Positions 1 through 9,717 of a stretch of 32,000 nt of DNA are shown piece after piece. The position numbers were made by a program, and so were the translations under genes. Each line of letters opens with the position of its first letter. The stretch's first letter is position 1. The notes under the pieces are model-generated. The model did not search any database and had not been told where the DNA came from. It saw only the letters and a list, made by a program, of their open reading frames with translations. Source of the stretch: Flavobacteriaceae bacterium (lineage in GTDB: Bacteria > Bacteroidota > Bacteroidia > Flavobacteriales > Flavobacteriaceae); the NCBI GenBank assembly GCA_965224465.1, contig OZ245049.1, positions 2,700,001 to 2,732,000 of the forward strand, read 5' to 3'.

Positions 1-301
1 CCATCAAAGGCTCATTACAGTACACACAACTTAAACTTTTAAAACGTTCTTGTACATGTTGATTTGAGCCACAACTCTTGCATTTGATCAAGTCTATTTT
101 ATCTGTAAAAGCATTGTCGCCCACCACTTTTAAATAGTGCGTTAACTCAAGTTCTTCAAAACTGGTTTTTGACTGCTCTATAAATTCTTCATAGCCACAA
201 TACGCACATTCTAATTGCGTACTCCCTGGCTTAAAAGCAAGGGCTGCACCGCAATCGGCACAGCTCTTTTTAATTGCTGTATTTTTAATTTCGTCTTGCA
301 T
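1..301 (-). CDS. zinc-ribbon protein, N-terminal part only (gene runs off the window start)
   Basis: Own translation of the minus strand from the ATG at 299-301: MQDEIKNTAIKKSCADCGAALAFKPGSTQLECAYCGYEE...KCKSCGSNQ...SCVYCNEPL. It has two CxxC...CxxC pairs and is open to the window edge. It starts 19 nt after the SPFH stop. It is absent from the ORF track because no stop lies in the window. Confidence 0.55.
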   Translation of the reverse strand, partial: MQDEIKNTAIKKSCADCGAALAFKPGSTQLECAYCGYEEFIEQSKTSFEELELTHYLKVVGDNAFTDKIDLIKCKSCGSNQHVQERFKSLSCVYCNEPLM

Positions 302-320
302 ATTATTGCATCAAAAAAAA

Positions 321-1454
321 TTAGATTGTTGGTAATGGCGGAGGGGTATTACCTCCTAAAAATGACTTTAATTCTTCCACGTTTTTTAAAGCAGTCCAAG
401 AGGTCATGCCTTGTTTCCATACCAATGAATCTTTATTGATTACACGAGTTGCAAACAAACTTTTAAGAACACTCATAGCAACGGGACCCGCCTGCTGGCC
501 ATTTGCTGCATAAAAATACTGAACCGCTGTAGGTATTGGTGGAGGCATTACTGATGTAGGAGACTGAACACTTGCCTGTGCCCCTTGCATTGGGTTCATA
601 AACTGTCCCATTTGCTGCGCCATAGCAAAGCCCATTCCCATACCCATTCCTGCACCCGCAGCACCACTTTCGTTTGCTGCAGCAACTTCAATAGCCTTTG
701 CTGCTTTGAATTGGGTGAGTTTATTTAAATCTATTTTATTCAATCTAGAATACTCAAAAATTTCTTTTTTAAGTTCTTCTGGCATCGAAACGTTCTCTAT
801 ATAAAACCGTTCCAATTCTATTCCTACCCTATCAAACTCTGCCTGCATTACATCTTGACATGTTTGAGACAATTCGGTGGTATTAGCAGCGTACAATTCA
901 ATCGGAATATTCGCCTTCCCAACGGTATCCGTAAAGCGTGTTGCAATTAAACTCTTTAAGTGTTCGTTGATTTCAAAACTGGTAAAATTACCATCTGTCC
1001 CCACAACATCAACAATAAACTTTCCCGCGTCTTCTATTCTAAAACTATAAGTTCCAAAAGCTCTGATTTCCACCAGTCCATAACGTTCATCATTTAAAAT
1101 AATAGGATTTTTAGTTCCCCATTTTTCATCTGTAAACAAATGTGTATTCACAAAATACACTTCGGCTTTAAAAGGAGAATTGAAACCGTATTTCCAGCCC
1201 TTTAATGTACTTAAAACGGGAAGGTTTTGGGTTGTTATATCGTAGGTTCCTGGTTTAAAAACATCTGCCAGCTTTCCTTCGTTGATAAAAACCGCTGTCT
1301 GACCTTCTCTTACGATTAATTTGGCACCATTTTTAATTTCGTTTTGATAGCGTTCAAAACGGTGTACAATCGTGTTATCTGTAGCATCTAACCATTCTAC
1401 TATGTCAATAAATTCGTGACTTAGTTTATTTTTAATATCATCAAAAATTCCCAT
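321..1454 (-). CDS. SPFH/band-7 family protein (YdjI/COG4260-like) with a C-terminal GYF_2-like domain
   Basis: 377-aa ORF. The N-terminal ~270 aa match the family pattern as I recall it (MGIFDDIK...FIDIVEWLD...NEIKNGAKLIVREGQTAVF...TQNLPVLSTLKGWKYGFNSPFKAEVYF). A Gly/Met/Gln-rich linker (GAAGAGMGMGMGFAMAQQMGQFMNPMQGAQ) and a Pro-rich stretch follow. The C-terminal block looks GYF-like (YFYAANGQQAGPV...LVWKQGMTSWTALKNVEEL). Confidence 0.85.
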   Translation of the reverse strand: MGIFDDIKNKLSHEFIDIVEWLDATDNTIVHRFERYQNEIKNGAKLIVREGQTAVFINEGKLADVFKPGTYDITTQNLPVLSTLKGWKYGFNSPFKAEVYFVNTHLFTDEKWGTKNPIILNDERYGLVEIRAFGTYSFRIEDAGKFIVDVVGTDGNFTSFEINEHLKSLIATRFTDTVGKANIPIELYAANTTELSQTCQDVMQAEFDRVGIELERFYIENVSMPEELKKEIFEYSRLNKIDLNKLTQFKAAKAIEVAAANESGAAGAGMGMGMGFAMAQQMGQFMNPMQGAQASVQSPTSVMPPPIPTAVQYFYAANGQQAGPVAMSVLKSLFATRVINKDSLVWKQGMTSWTALKNVEELKSFLGGNTPPPLPTI

Positions 1455-1530
1455 GTTATTTTTTTGGTTAAATATAAGAATATTTTAGAAAACAGCCCCA
1501 TAGTTCCACTTCACACGTTGAGAACTATTT

Positions 1531-1606
1531 TACCAGCAATTACAATCCAAAATGATCGATATAAATGATTTATTTTACGTTGTATCGTTGTTCAAAAACA
1601 GACCAC
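1531..1606 (+). repeat. MITE/REPIN-like element, 5' half only (copy A)
   Basis: taccagcaattacaatccaaaatgatcgatataaatgatttattttacgttgtatcgttgttcaaaaacagaccac aligns with the first ~75 nt of the 161-bp copies. It lies between the permease stop and the SPFH start. Confidence 0.8.
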
Positions 1607-1616
1607 ACTTACGCCC

Positions 1617-3380
1617 CTATATGATCAAGCGCACACCACCGAGCTCTTCAATTCTATACGGGAACTTTTCACTTGGAGAACCAATAAACATAAAATTGAT
1701 TGGAATATTCCATTGTTCAGAAAGTTCACGAATCAATGCAGGAGAAAACACCCCTTCAACAACAACAAGTTCCACATCGATCTCTGGATATTCCCTGTCT
1801 AAAAAGCCAATCTCTAATTTCAGATGTTCTGGTTGCTGTTGTCCTTTTTTAAGAACAATTGCAATTTTAATTTTTTTGGTATGTTCGTTTTTAGATACAT
1901 ACAACATCACCTTATTCAAAGACGCAATATTATCGCCTTTGGTAAAAAACACAAACTCTTGTTCATTGATATCATCGATCAATTGTTGTATTTTTTTATC
2001 GGTAGTAATGGCAAATCTTCGAATGGGATTAAAAATTGCATCCATAGATTTTAACAGTAATTTCAACAAAATAGTTCTGTTTAACATCACCAAAACAAAC
2101 AACATAGAAGGAATAAAATAGTACAAAAACACGGTTAAATTACTAGGTGAACCTTCCTTAGAAGGCATGATAATATTCCCCACTAAAGCGATCAAAACAG
2201 CACCAATAGCAATAAATAAAGAAAGCCAAGAAGCTTTTTCTGGTCTTGGTATTTTTCCTCTTTTCACTTTTAATAAAACATTCCCAATCCCAAACAATGC
2301 CATTACAGACAAAAAGGAGATGGTATAAACACCTGCTAATAATTTCACATTCCCATCTGTAATCAACAAGACGGAAACAGACAATAAGAAAAACAAAATT
2401 ATAATTCTATATGAACTTCCTTTTTTATTCTTTTTTAAGAAAAACGGAGGCATAATTCTATCCAATGCCATTCTTTCAAGCAAACCAGTAACTCCTACAA
2501 ACGAAGTTAACACAGCTCCACTTAAGACCAAAAATGCATCAATAGCAATTAAATAGGCAAGCCAATCGCCCCCTACATGTTTCCCCATTTCAATCAATAA
2601 TGTGTTTTGATATTCATCACTTTGCAACACAGGTATTGTAAATAAAGCCAAGGCAAAAACTGCCATCAAGGGATTGATAACACTTACAATAAACCACATG
2701 TTTTTTAAGGTCTTTGGAAAGACACCTTTTTCTTGTTCTTCAACAAAATTAGCAGAACTTTCAAATCCAGAAACACCTAACATAGAAGCTGCAAACCCTA
2801 AAAATATAGCATTTACAATACTCCCATGCTGTAAAGGATAATGCCAATTTTCAAAAAAGACTGCCACATCATTTTGAAATAAATAATAAATAATTACCCC
2901 GCTCAAAACAAGTAGAGAAGCCAAATGAAATATAAAAATTCCAATAGCTACTTTTGCTGACTCAGAAATCCCACCAATAACCAATAGAGAGAAAAGTCCT
3001 AACAAAACAATGGTTACAGGAATAATAGGCATTGCAGGAATAATATGATGCAAATAATGAATGGCTTCATTTCCAGAAATCACAGCCGTAGCCATGTAAG
3101 ACAACAAGGTAAGTGTAGCTGCAAAAGAGGCCGTAGACTTACTTGTAGTATTTAACAACGCATTGTAAGCTCCTCCATTTAAAGGAAGTGCACCAACCAC
3201 TTCGCCATAAATTTTACGGAATAAAAACAACACAAAAGACACAATAAGTAAAGTAACCCAAGCGTACTGTCCGGCAAATGCAATGGCCAAGGCAGAGACA
3301 TATAATACCGAAGAACTAATGTCATTTCCACAAATAGCCGTTGCCGACAATTCGTTTAATTTTTTATTTATTTTTTCCAT
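1617..3380 (-). CDS. APC-superfamily (amino acid/polyamine-type) permease with a soluble C-terminal extension
   Basis: The ORF track gives 1617-3413. I prefer the ATG at 3378-3380 (MEKINKKLNELSATAICGNDISSSVLYVSALA...). About a dozen hydrophobic segments are followed by a ~150-aa non-hydrophobic tail. Confidence 0.75.
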   Translation of the reverse strand: MEKINKKLNELSATAICGNDISSSVLYVSALAIAFAGQYAWVTLLIVSFVLFLFRKIYGEVVGALPLNGGAYNALLNTTSKSTASFAATLTLLSYMATAVISGNEAIHYLHHIIPAMPIIPVTIVLLGLFSLLVIGGISESAKVAIGIFIFHLASLLVLSGVIIYYLFQNDVAVFFENWHYPLQHGSIVNAIFLGFAASMLGVSGFESSANFVEEQEKGVFPKTLKNMWFIVSVINPLMAVFALALFTIPVLQSDEYQNTLLIEMGKHVGGDWLAYLIAIDAFLVLSGAVLTSFVGVTGLLERMALDRIMPPFFLKKNKKGSSYRIIILFFLLSVSVLLITDGNVKLLAGVYTISFLSVMALFGIGNVLLKVKRGKIPRPEKASWLSLFIAIGAVLIALVGNIIMPSKEGSPSNLTVFLYYFIPSMLFVLVMLNRTILLKLLLKSMDAIFNPIRRFAITTDKKIQQLIDDINEQEFVFFTKGDNIASLNKVMLYVSKNEHTKKIKIAIVLKKGQQQPEHLKLEIGFLDREYPEIDVELVVVEGVFSPALIRELSEQWNIPINFMFIGSPSEKFPYRIEELGGVRLII

Positions 3381-3822
3381 TTTTAATATCCAACAGGTGG
3401 TTTTATTTCGCACAAACTCAAAAATACAGCATCAAAAATCAAAAGAATCTTTAATCTGTATTCAACATTGCACACGTAAGTTATTGCTTTTAAACAATCG
3501 TAGTGATTAAAAAAATATCAAAAGCTATTCAAAAGTAGTTTTATTCTAAGAGGAAACGAACTATTTACAGTCTTTTTTTTACTTTAAATATTTATTTTTA
3601 AGCGATAACGTTTTCGTGAGAACAGCTTCTTTATCATTTAAAAAACCCACTTTATTTGCGGATTACGCAGCTCGAAATCACTGTAAACACCCTATCATTC
3701 AAACCGAAATCTGAACCTAACTACACATATTCCTTCCTTATCTTATGTTAATTTTAATGACAATTGAATTTCAAGATTACAGCCCTTATCAACGAATCTA
3801 TTCTAGATTTTCTACAAGTGAT

Positions 3823-3855
3823 GACAAATACATTTCCAAGTGACAGTTTAGAAAT
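3823..3855 (-). repeat. MITE/REPIN-like element, 3'-terminal fragment (copy K)
   Basis: acaaatacatttccaagtgacagtttagaaat matches the reverse complement of the 3' terminus of the long copies (ccaaatacatttccaagagacggtttagaaat). Confidence 0.55.
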
Positions 3856-4133
3856 TTAGTTGGTATCACTACGTCAGATGTAAAGCATCCTTTGCAATCC
3901 AAAACTACACAAGGTAAAAGCTACATAAACTATTCTGAATATATACTTCGGGATAATACACACGCCACCAATTTAAAACGTTGCAAAACAATTAGCCACA
4001 CAAGAACTTCAGCCATTTCCCCACAACACTTCACTCAAACCAACCAATAAACGGTGTTTTTTACAAGTAAAAACCTTTGATAAAACTACAAATACAAGCA
4101 AGAACAGCTATGATTTGTGGCTATTTTTGTAAT

Positions 4134-7118
4134 ATGTTTATAAACAATCACACGTATTACAGCCTACGATATGGCACTATGAGCCCCGAAAGATTAGCCA
4201 CACTAACTACTGTTATGGGGGCTAGCACGCTTGTACATACAGATATAAACAACACCTCTGCCAGTTTAGACATGCTTCGTTTGGCAAAAGAACACCAACT
4301 AAAACCTGTATTGGGAATTGATTTTAGAAACGGTGCCAAACAGGAATTTATAATGCTCGCAAAAAACAATACTGGTTTTAAAAACTGCAATCAATATTTA
4401 TCCTCTTTTTTACATCAAACAACGTTCACAATCCCACAAAAATGCGCACCACTTCAAGATACTTTTGTAATCTATCCTTTCCAAAAAAGCATCGATTTTA
4501 AACTATCCAATCATGAATTTATAGGCATCAAGAAGGAAGAACTAGGGAAATTAAGATTTTCCGAATGGAGACATCAATTACACAAACTAGTTGTGCTACA
4601 AACCATCACTTTTGAAGACAAAAAAGGTTTTAACAGCCACCGGTTGTTGCGAGCTATTGAGAACAATACGCTTCTGAGTATGCTTCCTGTTTCGGAACAA
4701 GCAAGCCCAAACGATTCTGTAATTTCTGTAGAGGATTTACGCCTTTCATTTTCGGAGTTCCCAGAAATAATCACCAATACGGAGCGCTTATTATCTCAAT
4801 GTAGCATCTATTTTGACAGCTCCTCAGAAAAATCTAACAATCAAAAAAACTACAGTTCAAATCCAATTTTAGACTTCAAACTCTTAAAAAAACTAGCCTA
4901 CGACGGACTTTCATACCGCTACGAGAACCCGAGTAAAGCGGTTTATAAACGCATTAAAAAAGAACTGGATATTATCAAAGAAAAAACATTTGTGTCCTAT
5001 TTCTTAATCAATTGGAAAATTTTAAAATACGCCCGTTCCAAAGGTTATTTTTATGTAGGAAGAGGCAGTGGCGCCAATAGTATTATCGCTTATTTATTAC
5101 GTATTACCGATGTAGATCCCGTAGCATTAGATTTGTATTTTGAGCGTTTTATCAACCTCTACAGAAAAAGCCCTCCCGATTTTGACCTAGACTTTTCTTG
5201 GCGTGACAGAGACGATATTACGCGTTATATTTTTGAGCATTTTAAGCATACCGCTCTTATTACGGTGTACAATACATTTAAGCACAAGGCATCTGTACGT
5301 GAGTTGGGAAAGGTATTTGGCTTACCAAAGGCAGAAATTGACAAACTTAGCACACAACAATATAATTATACAAATTTAGACCAACTCTCCAAACTGGTAC
5401 TTATATACAGCAAACACATCCAGGGATTCCCAAATTATTTAGGCATCCACGCAGGAGGAATCTTAATCTCGGAAGCACCAATTCACCAATACAGCGCCAC
5501 CTTTATGCCTCCAAAAGGCTATGCCACAACACAATTTGACATGGTGGTTGCAGCACATACAGGCTTGCATAAATTCGATATTCTGAGTCAGCGAGGATTG
5601 GGAAAAATTAAGGAAGCCGTTGCTATTATTGCCTATAATCAACCCCATATTCCTAGCATAGACATCCATGATATCAAACGCTTTAAAACAGACGAACGCA
5701 TTAAAAACCTTTTAAAAACTGCACAGGTAATTGGTTGTTTCTATGTAGAATCTCCTGCCATGCGGATGCTCTTAAAAAAACTACAAGTAACCGATTATTT
5801 AGGCTTGGTAGCTGCGAGTTCCGTTATTCGCCCTGGCGTAGCAAAATCGGGCATGATGCGAGAATACATTTTACGATACCGTTTTCCAGCACGCAGAAAA
5901 GAAGCACATCCGGTAATGCTAGATATCATGCCCGAAACTTTTGGTGTGATGGTATATCAAGAAGACGTAATAAAAGTAGCCCATCATTTCGGAGGGCTCA
6001 CCTTGGCAGAATCAGATGTCCTACGTAGAGGAATGTCAGGAAAACAACGTTCCAAAGGAGAATTCAATACGATAAAAGACCAGTTTTTTAGCAATTGTAA
6101 ATCAAGCGGAAAATCCGATAAATTAGTTGGTGAAATTTGGATGCAAATAGAAAGTTTTGCAGGATATGCTTTTGCCAAAGGACATTCCGCCTCCTACGCC
6201 GTAGAAAGTTACCAAAGTTTATTTTTAAAAGCGTATTTCCCCTTGGAATATATGGTGGCAACTATTAATAATTTTGGAGGGTTTTATCGTACAGAACTCT
6301 ATGTACACGAAGCCCGTATGCATGGAGGAGACATCCAGCCACCCTGCATCAACAAAAGCTATACACAAACCGTAATTTACGGAAAAGCAATTTATTTAGG
6401 CTTTCAATTTTTAGCATCGTTACAGTCAAAAACAAGCAAAGAAATTGTCAAAGAAAGAACGTCCAATGGCCCATTTAAACACCTCGATGATTTTATTGAT
6501 AGAGTCCCTATTTCCATAGAGCAACTAGCGATTTTAATAAAGATTGATGCGTTTCGATTTACAAAAATAAACAAACGAGAATTACTGTGGGACACACATA
6601 TAAAAATAGGAAAAACAGCGATCAACAAACCCACCATTACGCTTTTTAAACAAGAGCGCATTCACTATAAAACCCCAAAACTTACATCCACAGCAGCAGA
6701 AGATGCCTTCGACCAAATTGAGCTATTAGGATTTCCTATTTGTTCGTATTTTAAATTATTAAAAAAACCTGTAATCAGTCCGATTCGCGCCAAGGAATTA
6801 ACACAACTTAAAGGGAAAACAATATGCATAGCAGCATATTTAATTACAGTAAAAAAAACGATTACTAGCAATGGAAAGCCCATGTATTTTGGAACATTTT
6901 TAGATATAGATGGTGATTTTATTGACACTGTTCATTTTCCTCCTTCAGCAGAAAAACACCCATTCCGAGGGACAGCAGTCTACCAAATAACTGGAAAAGT
7001 AATCGAGGAATTTGATTGTATAAACATAGAAGTAAGCAGTATGGAACGACTTGCAATTATAGAAGACCCACGCTATACTGACAGCAGAAAAGCACAAAGA
7101 CCAAGACCTAAAAAATGA
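4134..7118 (+). CDS. dnaE2: DNA polymerase III alpha-like, short error-prone DnaE2-type
   Basis: Motifs seen: a PHP-like N-terminus (MFINNHTYYSLRYGT), palm motifs PPDFDLDF and GIHAGGILIS, KFDILSQRGL, and FAGYAFAKGHSASYA. A C-terminal OB-like segment is present. At ~995 aa it is much shorter than a replicative DnaE. I place the start at ATG 4134, not the track's 4077. Confidence 0.85.
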   Translation: MFINNHTYYSLRYGTMSPERLATLTTVMGASTLVHTDINNTSASLDMLRLAKEHQLKPVLGIDFRNGAKQEFIMLAKNNTGFKNCNQYLSSFLHQTTFTIPQKCAPLQDTFVIYPFQKSIDFKLSNHEFIGIKKEELGKLRFSEWRHQLHKLVVLQTITFEDKKGFNSHRLLRAIENNTLLSMLPVSEQASPNDSVISVEDLRLSFSEFPEIITNTERLLSQCSIYFDSSSEKSNNQKNYSSNPILDFKLLKKLAYDGLSYRYENPSKAVYKRIKKELDIIKEKTFVSYFLINWKILKYARSKGYFYVGRGSGANSIIAYLLRITDVDPVALDLYFERFINLYRKSPPDFDLDFSWRDRDDITRYIFEHFKHTALITVYNTFKHKASVRELGKVFGLPKAEIDKLSTQQYNYTNLDQLSKLVLIYSKHIQGFPNYLGIHAGGILISEAPIHQYSATFMPPKGYATTQFDMVVAAHTGLHKFDILSQRGLGKIKEAVAIIAYNQPHIPSIDIHDIKRFKTDERIKNLLKTAQVIGCFYVESPAMRMLLKKLQVTDYLGLVAASSVIRPGVAKSGMMREYILRYRFPARRKEAHPVMLDIMPETFGVMVYQEDVIKVAHHFGGLTLAESDVLRRGMSGKQRSKGEFNTIKDQFFSNCKSSGKSDKLVGEIWMQIESFAGYAFAKGHSASYAVESYQSLFLKAYFPLEYMVATINNFGGFYRTELYVHEARMHGGDIQPPCINKSYTQTVIYGKAIYLGFQFLASLQSKTSKEIVKERTSNGPFKHLDDFIDRVPISIEQLAILIKIDAFRFTKINKRELLWDTHIKIGKTAINKPTITLFKQERIHYKTPKLTSTAAEDAFDQIELLGFPICSYFKLLKKPVISPIRAKELTQLKGKTICIAAYLITVKKTITSNGKPMYFGTFLDIDGDFIDTVHFPPSAEKHPFRGTAVYQITGKVIEEFDCINIEVSSMERLAIIEDPRYTDSRKAQRPRPKK

Positions 7119-8281
7119 GCATAGAACGCGCAATAGTACACATGGATTTGGATACTTTTTTTGTATCCTGCGAACGTCTCTTAGACACGCGACTGGAAGG
7201 AAAACCTATATTGATCGGAGGCACATCAGACCGCGGGGTAGTCGCAGCTTGCAGTTACGAAACACGCCTATTTGGTGTGCATTCTTCTATGCCCATGCGC
7301 ATGGCAAAACAACTCTGCCCAGAAGCAATAATCCTGCGTGGAAACACTGAAACTTACACAAAATTCTCTAAAATAGTCACCGATATTGTCAAAGAAAACG
7401 TGCCTTTATACGAAAAAACATCCATTGATGAGTTTTATATTGATTTGACGGGAATGGAGACCTTTTATGGGAGTCACCAACTGGCGAGTGAACTTCGAAA
7501 AAACATCATCAAAAACACGGGACTTCCTATTTCGTTTGGTTTATCAATCAACAAAACAGTTTCTAAAATTGCCACGGGAGAAGCCAAACCAAATAACGAA
7601 ATCAAAATAGACAACGGACAGGAGAAAGAATTTTTAGCCCCTTTATCGGTAAAAAAAATACCCATGGTAGGTGAAGTTACTTATCGTACTTTATGTGATT
7701 TAGGTATTAAGAAAATTAAAACCATACAGGAAATGCCCTTGGAAATGATGGCAAAAGTATTGGGTAAAAACGGAATTGCTATTTGGAAAAAATCTCAAGG
7801 TATAGACCCAAGCCCCGTATTGCAATACCAAGAACGTAAATCCATTTCTACAGAACGTACTTTTGAAAAAGACACCACCGATGTGGTGAAACTGGAAGGT
7901 ATTATTGCTGCCATGACAGAAAACCTCACGTACCAACTACGCAGAGGAAATAAACTCACTGCTTGCATCACTTTTAAAATACGCTATTCAGATTTTCAAA
8001 CCTATACCGTACAAAAAAAGATCCCCTACAGTGCCGCTGACCACAAAATTATACCATTGGTAAAAGCACTTTACAAAAAACTATACCAACGCAGGTTACT
8101 TGTCCGTTTGATAGGCGTAAAATTCAGTCATTTAGTAGAAGGAGGGCACCAAATAGATTTGTTTGACGACCATGAAAAAACCATCAATCTAACCCTCGCT
8201 ATGGATAAAATGAGAGAACGCTATGGAGACACAGCGGTTATCCGTGCCATAGGAATGAACACAAAAAACATCCGCCGATAG
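7115..8281 (+). CDS. dinB: Y-family DNA polymerase IV (DinB-like), catalytic residues present
   Basis: Motifs seen: VHMDLDTFFVSCE, SIDEFYIDLTG (catalytic Asp/Glu retained) and SFGLSINKTVSKIATG. The start overlaps the dnaE2-like stop by 4 nt (ATGA at 7115-7118). Confidence 0.9.
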   Translation: MSIERAIVHMDLDTFFVSCERLLDTRLEGKPILIGGTSDRGVVAACSYETRLFGVHSSMPMRMAKQLCPEAIILRGNTETYTKFSKIVTDIVKENVPLYEKTSIDEFYIDLTGMETFYGSHQLASELRKNIIKNTGLPISFGLSINKTVSKIATGEAKPNNEIKIDNGQEKEFLAPLSVKKIPMVGEVTYRTLCDLGIKKIKTIQEMPLEMMAKVLGKNGIAIWKKSQGIDPSPVLQYQERKSISTERTFEKDTTDVVKLEGIIAAMTENLTYQLRRGNKLTACITFKIRYSDFQTYTVQKKIPYSAADHKIIPLVKALYKKLYQRRLLVRLIGVKFSHLVEGGHQIDLFDDHEKTINLTLAMDKMRERYGDTAVIRAIGMNTKNIRR

Positions 8282-8416
8282 CATCTATTTAAAAGACCTC
8301 CTATAACAGCAAACCTAAAACTCTAAAAACCGACAATTACCATCAACCAAAGCACAGATTTAAACCCTAAATTACACCGTGATTGTTTTATTTATACGCA
8401 CCTAAAACTAGTTGCT

Positions 8417-9571
8417 TCAAACAATTTCAGGCACTTGTTTGGAAGCATTTGATATTTCCAATAACCGTCCTTTAGAATCAAAAACCCCTGAGATGTGATC
8501 TGTTTCTTTTTTTGCCAGTAAATGATCACCTGACAACACTACTTCATATCCTTTTTGGCTTAAATAGCAAAAGAGTCCCTCCTTGTGATCAAACGCTATT
8601 CTTGTAATTGTTCTCGAAAAATGAGCACAAATTAAAGCCGGAATTATGAGCGCTTTTACCTCTAATATCTGAGCTGTAATCAAGACATACACCACCAATC
8701 CATTATAGAGTAAAGGCACATAACAACTCGACGGTATAAGTCCCGATGCTACCACAGAAAAATAATGCCCAGGATCGTGGTCTAGCACTAACTTAGGACT
8801 TAATAAATCTTGAATACCATGCTTTTCTCCCAACGCTTTCATTGCTAAAGAAGTTTCTAAAAGGTGTTCTGGAATACCACTTTGTGTATTTGCCCATCCC
8901 CATAACCAAGACTGCTCCATCTCCGAATAAGTTCCAATAATTTGCATATCAAATACATGTTCGCCGTAAGTCACCAAGCCTTCCATCATATTACAACTCC
9001 AAGCCAATCCTTCAATAATTTCCGAAAAAATATCTTGACGTTCAAATGTCAAAACAAGGGACTGATTGTGTAGTTGTGACAGTGTCATTTTTTTAAAAGC
9101 ATCAGACTTTAGCAAAGTCTCTTTTTTCTTAACCGCTTTATCCGACATGTTGGAAAATGTTTCTAAATGAGTTTGTAAAAGGAAACATATTCTTTTAACT
9201 TTCTCCGCTATATTAGCTGCATTAACTACAGGACTGTGATTTATTTTTAGAACACCTGCTTCAAAGCTTATGGCGCTATCTAAATTAGACCCATCACACT
9301 CGTTCACAATAAGCACTTTTTTCAATCCGTTTTTAAGCCGTCTTTTACCGAAATCATCTGCACAAATGATCTTAAAACTTTCCACTAATGGATAAAAATA
9401 AATCTTAGGATAGGTATCCTTATACAGGTGTGAAAATTGTTCTTCTATAAGTGTATCCCAAGCAATTGAAATTGGCACACAAAATCCAGCTGCTGCTATA
9501 ATTGCAGCCTCTAATGCAGGAAATTGATCTTCTTTAAATGCTTGAATTATTCTTGTTTCTTTAAATCCCAT
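8417..9571 (-). CDS. hypothetical two-domain protein; N-terminal ~136 aa are paralogous to ORF 11195-11605
   Basis: 384-aa ORF with no competing ORF. The N-terminal domain aligns without gaps to the 136-aa ORF. Shared blocks include FP.L...I.AAA.F.VP..IAW, HLY.DTYPKIYF.PL, ADD.GK, GVL...HSPV.NA. The C-terminal half carries a WLWGWAN motif. I cannot name the family. Confidence 0.65.
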   Translation of the reverse strand: MGFKETRIIQAFKEDQFPALEAAIIAAAGFCVPISIAWDTLIEEQFSHLYKDTYPKIYFYPLVESFKIICADDFGKRRLKNGLKKVLIVNECDGSNLDSAISFEAGVLKINHSPVVNAANIAEKVKRICFLLQTHLETFSNMSDKAVKKKETLLKSDAFKKMTLSQLHNQSLVLTFERQDIFSEIIEGLAWSCNMMEGLVTYGEHVFDMQIIGTYSEMEQSWLWGWANTQSGIPEHLLETSLAMKALGEKHGIQDLLSPKLVLDHDPGHYFSVVASGLIPSSCYVPLLYNGLVVYVLITAQILEVKALIIPALICAHFSRTITRIAFDHKEGLFCYLSQKGYEVVLSGDHLLAKKETDHISGVFDSKGRLLEISNASKQVPEIV

Positions 9572-9602
9572 ACGTTGTTTTCACTTTATAGTTGTTGTTT
9601 TA

Positions 9603-9647
9603 CACCAATTACAATCCTAAATCACCGATATAAATAGTTTGTTTTAC
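9603..9647 (+). repeat. MITE/REPIN-like element, 5' fragment (copy B)
   Basis: caccaattacaatcctaaatcaccgatataaatagtttgttttac matches the 5' ~45 nt of the long copies. Confidence 0.75.
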
Positions 9648-9680
9648 AAAAAAACACCCTTTAAATCTAAGGGTATTTTT
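9648..9680 (-). terminator. intrinsic terminator candidate downstream of the lipoprotein gene
   Basis: The minus strand reads aaaaataccctt-agattta-aagggtgttttttt. That is a 6-bp GC-containing stem followed by a T7 run, ~40 nt after the stop at 9718. Confidence 0.5.
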
Positions 9681-9717
9681 CGAGTACTACTTCTGCCTAC
9701 TAAGAAACAGTATGTTT

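Noticed and set aside
1552-2121. 189-aa plus-strand ORF, and other internal ORFs. Examples: 1824-2054, 4157-4390, 5735-6028, 7474-7936, 12634-13043, 20364-20696, 21591-21884, 23443-23670, 26973-27212, 28182-28937.
   Set aside because: Each lies inside, or antisense to, a much longer ORF with clear family motifs. Their translations are low-complexity or Cys/Phe-rich, as expected for shadow frames in AT-rich DNA.
4055-4072. Palindrome TTTTTAC-AA-GTAAAAA upstream of the dnaE2-like gene as a candidate operator
   Set aside because: It is almost pure A/T in an AT-rich genome, the arms are short, and it resembles no regulator motif I know. It is likely chance.
4077-4133. N-terminal extensions given by the ORF track (dnaE2-like 4077, permease 3413, IS30 transposase 17453, PorP/SprF 30087, hypothetical 26685)
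   Set aside because: In each case an internal Met starts exactly where family-typical sequence or a signal peptide begins. For 26685 the extension would also overlap the upstream gene by 65 nt. I therefore used the shorter models, though the starts remain unverified.
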